A stretch of 64,000 bases of DNA. Source: Botryllus schlosseri. Lineage: Eukaryota. Shown piece after piece: positions 25,201 to 37,200 of the stretch. The notes beneath the pieces are model-generated. The model was not told the origin of the DNA. It made no database searches and saw only the letters and a list, made by a program, of their open reading frames with translations. The position numbers and the translations under genes are program-made. The stretch's first letter is position 1, and the number at the start of each line of letters is the position of its first letter. The DNA lies in contig CM119372.1 of the NCBI GenBank assembly GCA_051294905.1, positions 31,002,001 to 31,066,000 of the forward strand. The letters are read 5' to 3'.

Positions 25201-28200
25201 CATGTTTTTATAAATAGTTCTCGTCAATTTATGTATATCAATGTTTATAGACCGGATATTACTTATGTCTAAGCCGCACAAGATCGCTTCAGAAGCAGAG
25301 TATCGTCAGACGCATGAGCGAATACTCGTTACATAACAGAATAGGCTGTATCATGAGTTATATCGGTGATAGACTTTTATAGATTGATATTGTGAAGAGC
25401 CCATGCCCATAAACTTCTACTAACACTAGAATAACGGCTAATAGCGACGTATTAATAACCATAAGTTCAGTATTACTCCGCGTATGGCCACCCAGTCGCA
25501 AGCTTGTGCACTTATGAAGAGCTGCCACGCAACGACATAAGCCCACCTTGTATAATTGTAGTAATGATATCCATTAGCACTTTGTCTCGTTGAATAGCGC
25601 TCGCCAATCTAAGTCTATGTCAATGCTGAAATAATCGATGTCTATGCGCTATACGCATGCTTGACAATGTTAGTTATTGAGCATGAGCAGTTGAACATAT
25701 TCATGCGGCTTCATGCGTACTATGAAGTTTAAAATGCGATCCCAACACCAAATGTTGGGAACTCAGCTCTAGATTCTATTTTTGTCTCCGATACTGCAAA
25801 AAGCTATACAAAAATGTAGGTCAAGCAGCACATCCACTTTTATGGATTACTCAACTAGGTTTTGTGTTCTTTAAGCGTGGTTATTATTTGAACAAGTCCT
25901 ATAGTCTTCATCTGCTACCAAATCACTTATTTTTTAAATTTCGAATCTCGTCAAGTAGAGATGTCGCGTTTGAGTGCACTTGCATCATTTTAGATCGTGC
26001 AATTTGCATTTAACGATCTGGTGGTGTAAAGGCTACATCACGGTATCACATGATAATTTGAAAATTATTGAGGCCATTCGTTATTCCCCGTTGATCCCGA
26101 ATATGTGATATCGAACTGTCGAAGACGTTAGCGTCATAAATGTCTGCCACGCATCGTCCCAACCTACTTTTCAAACTACTTATAGCTCAGCAATTGTCAT
26201 CACGTTTTCTAATTACACTCAAGTAGTCTTACCATAAGTTCTTTAAACTTGTAATTGGGCAGAATTTTACGCCATTGCTTCTCGCTTTAAGAGAAACACC
26301 AACGACTCTAACTACCTGTACCTACATTATAGTTACCGTTACCGGCTTTTCAAACAACTCTTACCTAGACTATCTAGTCTAGAGGAGTGCAGTGCGTGGA
26401 TGCGCGACTATCAGACACCGTCATTAGGCGTCAGCTTTCACCTCGTCAGGACCCACGACACAATAAGAGGAATAAAGTTTTGGCGAAGTGCCAATTGCAA
26501 AAAGATATAGACTTCCAGAAAGATATACGGCGAAACCTAACTTTAGAGTAGCAACAGTTTATACCGGAAACCACGAAATAACAACATGCTTCAACGAATG
26601 ATTATAGAAATAATAATTGCTCCACCCGATGCCAACACGGGGGAGCCTCTCAATCGTGTTATATCAACAATGTTGATTGAACAGATTTATGTGTGCTTAT
26701 GATTTATAATTAGGTTTCCTAAATTTACGAAATATCACTTCCATGTTCCATCAGCTCTACCTGTAAATCTGATCATATACATGCAATGCATGCAAGTACC
26801 GGTAGGCTGCAATATATTTTACAGGCCGAAATTGGTTACACTACCGTGGTAATACTGGTTCTTTTTGTAGTATCGTATACGCATTCCATTATTAGGTTGT
26901 CGCCAGATCGGACGGTCTTCTCAGTCGGCAATATTTTCGATTCTTGAAAATCGAAGTCGTAAGCAAGATCTTTCGCGATTGGTTCTAGCTCGGTCCCATT
27001 TCTGAAATTTGAAACAGGAGGATAAGTCCATGAAAATCGCATGAGATGAGGTCGATGTATATTCATTGTATGGGTGAACGCCTTACGGGTACCCGTTCAT
27101 GACATGCTGTATGGTTTATGCTGTGATAGAGAAGCGAATGGAACCTATGTTGCACAGCGAATGGCGAATAGCGTAGTGGTATGATCAGCGGATTCCATCA
27201 TTATTTTCTTCTGCTCACAATATACAATGCTATATGCACACTGCACAGGATATAATGTGTTGCAATGAGCAGTTAGGAGGTTTTGGAAACGACTCTTACG
27301 GTAGAGAGAAATGTAGCTTCTATTTTGACATATAGGGGCGTTTGTGGTAGTCCTACCATATTTTCAGCACCCTAAAAAGGATATATCTGGCCGGCCAGTA
27401 AAACGAAATTAGAATTGTCATGTTTGAGTTTGAAGATGTTTTACATTGGTAGTTGGTAGTTGCATTCAAAAGTTACGAAAACGAAGCAAAGCGACAGGTG
27501 CAAAAACAGGCACAGCAATAAAAATCCAATTTATTTATCAGATTCAGCCAATGAATACTGTGCGGTTCCCTTGCGTTTTGTCATTAAGGAATGACCATTT
27601 TTAACGAGTACGCCTATACGTGAAGTTTTTTACACGAAATATCATTGAGATTATATACAACCGTCAAGATGCTCGGAACAGACCTAACTAATATGTCTGC
27701 CAAGTTCGAACTTGCGACAGATCCTTGCATGTAAAAGGCTCAGATGTCACAGGGAAGGTCGAATGATGTTTGCAATAACAATCGATAAGGTAGGGCAGCC
27801 ATATATCATGTGATTGAACTACTCATTATCATTTTTATTCAACGAGGTTGACGTGTATACAATGAAGCATACGGATGGTCGCACGATCAATGTGACGATG
27901 AGTTGATCTCTTAATCATACTTGAAGAAAATCTTCAAGTGATAAATATATCTGCCATGAAATAGAATTGAAGATCATTTAAATCACACATAGAAGTAGTA
28001 GAATGAATACCTAACTCCTTCAGTTTATTGTAGGTGAAAACTAAGCTTCCAAAATACATTGCATAAACCGCCTTAAAATAGTTACCTCAATTCCATCACC
28101 GCCATATAGGCTACTAACTTACAGATATAGAACTAGCGATCTCACAGATATCCCAAAATATTACAAGTAGTCTAAGAAAGTGAGGGATCACAAATATACT

Positions 28201-31200
28201 CAAGTAAGTAGCTTCAAATATTAGATTTAGACAACGGTTCACATACTTTCAGTACAGTCGATCGGAAGTGGCTACTTTCATATTGAGGGTTCTGTTATTA
28301 TGACAATTTCATGCGTAAAGGATGTAAACCGAGTTGGGATCAAGTCACTACCTTCGAGTCACGAGTCATTCCGAGTCATTGCATATTTTGAGTCTAATCT
28401 AGTCAAGTCAATCGATTTTCGAATGTGACTCGAGTCAAGTCAAGTCACTCGATTTTTGGAGGTGAGTCAAGTCGAGTCAAATCAAGTCAAATCATGAGTC
28501 AAGTTCCAATTCATGTCAAGGTGCCTTTTTCAAGTATGAAACATGATTACCTCATTGCATTTTGCTAGCTGTCTGAATCACAGATTGAGTGGTCATTTGT
28601 CCTGAACCGATGAACGCATATAGAGTTAAATATACACGCAATAAGGCGCTGTATCGCTCACATATACGTAGAACTGTAAAACTACGTAAGTATAGTTGCA
28701 TAGCCTCAGTTTATAGTTACCAGCCAAAATATAGAATAGAGAAACGAATTGATAAGATGCAATACATTACTCATTTATACATATTGATATGGTACAATTC
28801 GAGTCTGCGCCAATGGTTGAGGAGGATATAAACTATATTATATTTCAATTTCAATAAAATAAGAGGATTGGTTATGTAAGAACAAAGAACAGAAATATGT
28901 ATTTTGCTATTAAATTACTCGATAAAACGCATCATCATGGAATGATTGGTCGCTCTCACGCGGTTACACCAGCGTTTCGTGAACAATCCGAACATATGCA
29001 AGATACAGTGATTTTCATCGACACCGATTACTTGTTGACTTGAAATTGACTCTCGAGTCGCGTGTCACGAGGTAATCCCCATTTCTGATACGCAGAGTCA
29101 AGTCAAGTCAAGTCAAGTTATTTTAGCAAAGTAACTCGTGTCAAGTCAAGTCATACGAAAAAGGTGACTCGAGTCAAGTCATTACTCAAGTCATCCCAAC
29201 ACATTTAAACCTATTCATTAACTACTTTCAGCGTTCCCGCGTACAAAAGTAAATAATTTTTCTCCAATAACAGTAGAATTGGAAGTAGTCTAAAAACATA
29301 TTCACTCGAGCATATAATGTAAGCAGGCAAATCCTATTTTTGTACTTGGTTACTGACCATTCTATGAACGTAACCGTGTAAGGTTTATCATACGCAAAAG
29401 TGGCCCGAGAGGGTGAAAGGAAAATGAAGAGTTCACAGCGTGCCGACACCACACGGAAACCAACCTGTAATGCCTCACGATCATTTTATGTCCCGCGGTG
29501 TGAGAGTGCATGAATACCCCGAAAACGTTGACATGCGTTTGATTGCCGTGTTTCATAATCTAAACATGATATGTTATGTACTGAGCTCCTGGCGCGAAGT
29601 CATGAATTCATTCGTTACCCCTCTCAAACACTGATCCGTGCAGTGTCCGTGAACGACGAAATCGTTACTCCCGGGAGGCACTAAGAGAGTGGGGGTGACA
29701 TCGTGACCAGTCAGTAGGACTCCGGCGTCGAACTCGCGCAAGTTCGGGGTGTACAGAATGCGCACCGCTGTCGTGTCAACCACTCCTATAAAATGGATGG
29801 AAGTTATGAACGGATATGTTAACTGCGAAAACCACTCTCAGATCATATCGAAGACAGGACGTCTCCACGCCACTGCAACCGCGGTGCACAAACAATATTA
29901 ACCAAGTCAATCAATACTCCATGGCGCCAGCTCAAATAGGGGGACGGAAGGGCTGCAGTATGAAGTCATAACGAGCGCTACTCGAGTATTCGACTCGACT
30001 TGAAGCCTATAGTACTCGATTCAAAATCGAATTACTTGGGCGCAAAAGGCAGTCAGGCGATAAGAGCCATTATTTTTGTTTAGTAAACAACAACAACTTG
30101 GGTATACTCGGTTTTGCCAAGCCCAAGCTTTCAGATTGGAAATTATACCGTCTAACAAAAGAGTAGCATATGTTATAGGTGAGAAGCCTACAGGCTGCTA
30201 AGGATTTCTGTTCAATTTTTTCAGATAGATCCGGTCTCGCATTTTTATCCAATAGTACCTAGCAGTGTTGGGATGACTCGAGTCATGACTCGACTCGAGT
30301 CGGACTCGAGTCACCTTTTTCGTATGACTTGACTTGACTCGAGTCACTTTGCTAAAATGACTTGACTTGACTTGACTCGGCGTATCAGAAATGTGGATTG
30401 ACTCGTGACTCGGAGCAAAATTCACGAGTCAATTTCAAGTCATAAATTAGTCGGTGTGGATAAAAATCACTGTATCTTGCATATGTTCGGATTGTTCGCG
30501 AAACACTGATGTAGCCCGTGAGAGCGACCAATCATTCAATGATCGTGCGTTTTACTGAGCCTCCATTGTTCTCCCACAAATAAATAGACCACAAACGAAG
30601 TGAAGTAGTGAAGTAATATAATAGAAAATTATATATTTCCGTTCTCTGTTCTCACCTTAACCAAACCACTTGTTTTATTGATTTTGAATTCAAATATAGT
30701 TTGTATACTCCTCAACCATTGGCGCAGGCTCGAATTGTATCATTTCAATATGTAAATGGGTGAAGGGTAATGTATTGCATCTTATCAATTCGTTTCTCTA
30801 TTCTCTATTTTGGCTGGTATCTATAAACTGAGGCTACATATGTGTGATCGATACAGCGCCTTCTTTGGTGTATATTCAACTCTATATTCGTTCATCGGTT
30901 CTGAATCAATGACCGCTCAATCTGTATTTAAGGCAGATAGTAAAATGTAATGACGTAATCATGCCTCACACTACGAAAAGGCAACTTGACTTGAATTTTG
31001 ACTTGACTCGTGACTTGACTTGACTTGACTCGACTTGACTCGAGTCACCTCCAAAAATCGAGTGACTTGACTTGACTCGAGTCACCTTCGAAAACCGATT
31101 GACTTGACTTGACTCGAGTCAAAATGTGCAATGACTCGAAATGACTCGTGACTCGAAAGTAGTGACTTGATCCCAACACTGGTACCTAGTCCATTGAAAT

Positions 31201-34200
31201 TGGGATTTAGAACTTCATGTATGTACAGTATATTGTGAATATAATTCAACGTGAACTGGATGCCTGTATCTTAAACGGGAATACGGATTCTAATATTACG
31301 GTTTCGTGAAGGATCGCGATCCCGAAAAACCGTAAATATGTGTCGATAACTGTAATCTTTGATAATTGCGAATTCGGGTAGCTTGTTTACCCTCGTCAAG
31401 GTCTACATTATCATAATGCATTTCGAGCTTGACGATTTTCGGAGTCCCGGGTGATCCTACAGGAAAGCCGACATGATCTGGAAGTGTTAACTCTGTCATT
31501 CCGACCGCCCATGCTACGACGACAGCCGTGCAGTATTTCCAATGATCGCCTTGGTCGTTGACATAGCACTCCTCGGTTGAGTTTAGCATTTGATCAGTCT
31601 GGAATAGTAATAGCGTGTATACACAGACGTCACTCACACTGACACTGACACTCGCTTAGGTAAGCGGTTACGGTTAGCTTTTCCAAATAAGATTAGAATT
31701 AGAGCTAGGCTATAGCTAAACAGTGTTTTCCGAATTAGATTAGAATTAAAAGTACATAATTCGCAAAAACATGACGATTGAATTAAATTACGAATTATAA
31801 TGAAAATCCGTTTCAGCTCATATCAAATCAGGGTTCCTTCCCGTTAGCCACGAAACCCAGAATGAGATTAGAGGTAAAAATATACCACAGAAGCATTTCA
31901 CGAAATAGATTAGAATTGGAATACCGCCATGTCGCTTTAATTAGTCTAACCAGTCTTGGTCTGGTTTGGCGAGTGGTTGGGTACCGTTAGGTTTAGGTAT
32001 AAGGGTGAGCTTAGCTTGGGCTACTTTGAATGACTCTCTATCATAACACTTGCTTTGTTGAATTGCTCGCTAGACAGTTGCTGTTTTGACCAAGGTTTGG
32101 GAGCCGAAGCCGGAGCCCCCGAACCGTGCATTTTCACCGGTGCCGGAGCCGAAGCTCTACGCGAAATCCAAATGGTGCTGGAGATACTTATTGAAAAATG
32201 GCTCGGGCTGCGATGTATTTCATAAGACGCTATTACGATGAATTCACGTAATTTATTAGCAACCCTTCACAAAATCAAGATTAGTTGTCTCTATGGGTCA
32301 TCTTTTTTAACTAACCTCATTGCTGAGGATTTGACAGCAGAACAGTAATGTTCATAGCTGAAACCGATGATACTGACTACGGACTGATATTTAACGGACA
32401 TTTAACAGATATTTAACGGAGCTGGTGCCAGGGCGGTGGTATCAAAACTAGAGCTAATTCAGGTAGAAGAGAGCTACGGATCTGGACCAATTAAACATTT
32501 ACGGCTGCTCCAGAGCACTGGTTTTGACACTTTCTATTTTTAACGCGACTCACTACAGTGAATGCAGTAGGCTACTCACTAAAGTGAGAGAACATCATCT
32601 TTCCAAGTAGTGATGAAAGACCTATAGAGAGCTTTATGTTTGATGTACAATGTACACATCGACGAAATAACAAATACATACCACCAGAGATTCTTTGCAA
32701 TGATACACCACCAGGTGGTGAATATACTTCTCGCGACCGGGTGTTATCATGACCTTAAACTGAAATAAAAGCACACAATTTAGCGGTACTGGTTGAATAA
32801 ATTTTATCTGCATTGTCAATAAAACATACTTAACTCGCAGCAAGACTTACCAGAGAAAAGTAACCCTATGTATTATTTCATTTGAAGCCGACCAACCTAT
32901 TATTCTCTCATTACCTATATATATTTAAGGATATGCAATTATCAGATATGATGTTCTGTGATCGGAAAACCAATGATGTCCTTATCTCGCAGGTGAGGTG
33001 CAAGGTTTAAAAATAAAATTATTAGAAAAACAAACTGATGTCATACCTGGATCATATGATATTTCTTTTCGAACTCCGGTAATTTGTGATACGTACAGTG
33101 ATAATATGTGTCTCGACGTGGTATTGTAAACGGTTTTATACGAACATCGAAGTATTTCAAGCTGGTATCATCTTAAAGCGTAAATTCTACGATTGTAAAT
33201 ATATGTAGGCCTCCATTTCCTGTACAGCAATCTCCAACCTTCAACATTCAAGACAGGTAGCTTCTTATCTAACAAACGAAGGCTTCGGACGCCTGAAAAA
33301 GTATTTTATTAACACGCTGTTCTCAATTGGAAGAAACGTTATGCAACCTCTATTCCTTCCGTGATAGCTCCCGAAATTTGGCAGATTGCCTTTGGGGGCG
33401 TCACGCCCATACGCGAAAATGACTCTTGTTGTGTCTTCCTTATCAGAGCAACGTGCAGGATTAAACACAACGTGCCGTGATAGACGGACATACCGTGTAC
33501 CGTGTGCTCCACTCTTATATCATACAATAACTTCTACCGCATACGACACTTAGGAGTTGATCAAAGAAATCATTAGTGTAGAGGCGGTAAAAGTAGTCAA
33601 CGTTGCCACTCAAGTGGTAGTAGTAGTAACGCTTTGAATGTATGCTGAATTACGAGCAGAAGTAGAAATTTCTACGACATCTCAAACTACTTCAAGTCGA
33701 AGTCGAACATGGCAACGTCAGAAACACTACAAATTAAAATATCTAGTTGAAAAGTAGATGTGGTCCAGGGGTCGCATTAGGGTTGCATTTGAAACAAAAT
33801 TAATTTATAACAAACACCTTAAAATCATGGCTCGTATCTAAAGCATGTGTGATTTTTTATAAAGGCACGACGTCAAGAATCTTCAAATGTGATGTAACAG
33901 TGGATCGACATTGACAATTTAAAATATAGGCGGGTCAATATGGACCTTGATAAAAAGGCTTTCCGCCACTGTCTTAAACGGACAAAAATAACTTTGACCA
34001 AGTCTGCATCCTTATGCAGTATTTATACGGTCAGCTATCATCAGAACATCCATTTCGGTCCAACGATATATAACTACGTGCTATAATTATAATTGTTGAA
34101 CGGAACACGATTCCAAGAGTTCCAACCACTCCACATCGTATACGTCGACAACATGTGGTGCAATTCGTCCTAATGCTTACAGTAGGCTGCATGCTTTTTT

Positions 34201-37200
34201 TTCGAAAGTACTTACACAATTATGGCCTGATTATACTACCTAAAATTATTTCGTTATTTTTAGAATATCATTTGGTTAAAACACGTCTTGTTTTAAATGC
34301 AGCACTAATTCGTATACGTTTAGTTGTTAATCCGGTGGTTCCCAAAGTGGGCGATATGGCCCTCCGGGGTCGACTCTGAAAGACAGCGGGGCGAAAATAA
34401 CGAAGGGGTCGATTGTGGGAAGAAAATGTAAGAACGTCTGTTAGAACTACTGTCTACTTAATAAGGTACTACTCAAATGCCGGAAGAACAAGAAGAAGCA
34501 AAACAAGCTGGACTGTTACATATTCAAGTCAATATCTGTTCGAGGGGTCGGAACGAGAGGTCGCAAAATTTATTTGTGTCGGGTTTTAATACGTTTCCTC
34601 ACCGTTATAACGAAATCGTGAGCTTCGTCGCAAGTGTCTAGGAACCGATCCATTAGCAAAGTCGTATGGGTTCCATTTTGCTTCATATTAAAGCTTCGGA
34701 TATCTTGTTCGACATCCAATGCGGGAATTCCATTGATTTCAGAATGCATATCCTGGTAGAGAAAAGTTCCATTACAGAGTCGAAAGATAGCTAGACATAT
34801 GCCTGCGCTATATACTTTCAAGATATAACATTCCTGTGTGTTGCATAGGACGGAATGTTATGGGCATTGATCACAAACACGTTGAATCGAAATGGATTGA
34901 ATGAAATGGTGTATGAATATGGTTTTCACTGCGGTATCGAATAAGTGCAATAATGTTTGACTTCTCTATATAGAGTTGCCTTAATAAATATTGCTAAATA
35001 TTGTATAGGTGTCAGAGATGACCGTATCTATTTTTATCAAATCCACATTCTCTTCGAGACTTGAGCTTCCGTATCCTGAATTTCAATCCAAATCAAAAAT
35101 TAAATTTCCTATACCATCCTGAAATGCCTGTCCAAACCCGGTAGTGAGTGAAAATTCACGCAGAATGCGAATGACAATGGGAATTATTAGAAATTATCCC
35201 CTATTGTTCAGGCATTCCAGATATAAACAGTTTATGCACTTTGCACTATGCTAAATCTCGATCGGATTGAAATCTACTTCATTCTAATCCACATTCATGC
35301 TCATCTCAGGCCTCTCGACTTTCTGAAGCCAATAAGTGTAACATCGAAGTGATCTAATATACTTTGCGAATCATCAAGAGACAGTTGGTATTGAGTAAAT
35401 AAGCTTTCCCGCCCGTACCAGTGCATGAATGAGCCGAATTCACTCACGTAAGTTAAGCCCTCCTGAGGTGGCACACAAAAACGTAATCCGGCTAACGTCA
35501 TACGTCATAAGCATTGAATTCTTCAGCTCATTTGCATGGACCAACTGATAGGGGTGTGAAAGCTTATTGTTGCACCGGGCGCAAACCAGTTTTACACCCC
35601 AGGCCATAATCAAAATAGCGAAAACCTCGCATATATCAGTGGTTCTCAAAGTAGGCGTGAAAGCATCTGACATGAGCGCAAAGCTGGGGTCAACTGAAAA
35701 AAAATTTCGCGCTCTACGAGATTTACCTCCAATTCATAGTTATTGCAATGTATATAGTACTAATTTCATATTTGATAATTCACTCATCAACAGTCATAAC
35801 CTTCCATGCCATCAAGCCATCCGTTGGAATTGCTAGCATTCTGGTTGCATTTTGTGATATGACGGTAGGGAGGGGGCGCGAAATTTTTGACTATCATAAA
35901 GGGGGGCGTGTCCAAAAAAGTTTGAGAACCACTGCTTTACATTGTCTGTTAAATTGTCAACTTTACAATATAAGTTTGAAAATATGCTTTTACTATTGTA
36001 TTTTATATCGTCGTTATCCACCTTTAGAAGTTTGTCATAGCCCTTATTCATATTCGTAATACATTAATTACCAAAACCCGCGGCTCCTCATTCACCATCC
36101 ACGCAAAGATAATGTCGGCTCCCTTCATCGTACCCGAAGGAGAAAATCCGATTCCAACCCATCCAGTCCCAGGAACTGTAATCTGCAATGTCAAAAGTGA
36201 GCCAACCATCTACGAAAGTTGTGTCATGTTGTTTCGACTTCCATGATGGTTGTTTTACACCAGGCTTAAAGTATGGTTACTAAGCTGTGGATGTATAGCG
36301 CCACCGACTTTGGATAGGTTGATTTTTTTTGCAAAAATGCAAACACAGGGACTTACATAGCGCTACAACAAAGCCACTGTCAATATCAACTCTCCGAGAT
36401 CCGCTTATATAGCGCTACATCCAGTGATCCAGAGAAATCACAACGTCTTAGAAATGTTCTTCGACTATTCAACAAGATTTACACATACGTGCAATGTACT
36501 TGAAGATTCGATGCTTGGGTAGAATGCTATGCACTATGGAACGTCAACGTGTCCGATAGCCTGCGAGGGTATACAGCGAGTCCGCATTGCAGCACTCACA
36601 GTCTGACACCTCAGGTGATGTGGTCAAAAAATAAATATGGATTATGCTGAATGACCGAATGGGGAGGATTATTTAGCTGCCGTGCCCCGCTTGCTTTAAC
36701 GATCCTGGATAATCGGAAATCGATAGAAACAATTTTCAGTATCTACTTAAAATGGAGCTGTCAAGCTTCCACGTGTACATATATTAAATATAGACATATA
36801 ATTGTCAGTTATATACCTTAAATGAACCTCAAACCATTTATTTGTTTTCTCGGACACAGTGAGAGTTTCAGTTTGTATACATTCAAGGCACGGTGCCAGT
36901 CTCCTCTTTCCACTGCCGAGTCACGGGCGTGTAAGACATTACATTACTAATCATACCACAATATGCTGATGACATCTGGTAGCACACCGCAAAGTGATTA
37001 CGGAACTCTATTTTGATCTTATCATCACCGGTCGTTTCCGCAGTGTGTTCGTGCAGTGCCAAATTTAGACCTAGGAAAGTACCTATTTCTAGATGATTTG
37101 AAATGTGATTTAAAATGGTAGCGATGGATATTTTGCTACGTAAATACAATTAAAGTGCTGTGTCGCGTATATTGTGGGAAATAATATTCGTAATCTGAGT

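Noticed and set aside
26720..26760. Candidate extra MOXD1-like exon after a TTTACAG acceptor
   Set aside because: It runs into a stop codon in the required frame, and exons 27001-26845 and 25039-24943 already join to give ITT-GGLGTRDEMC.
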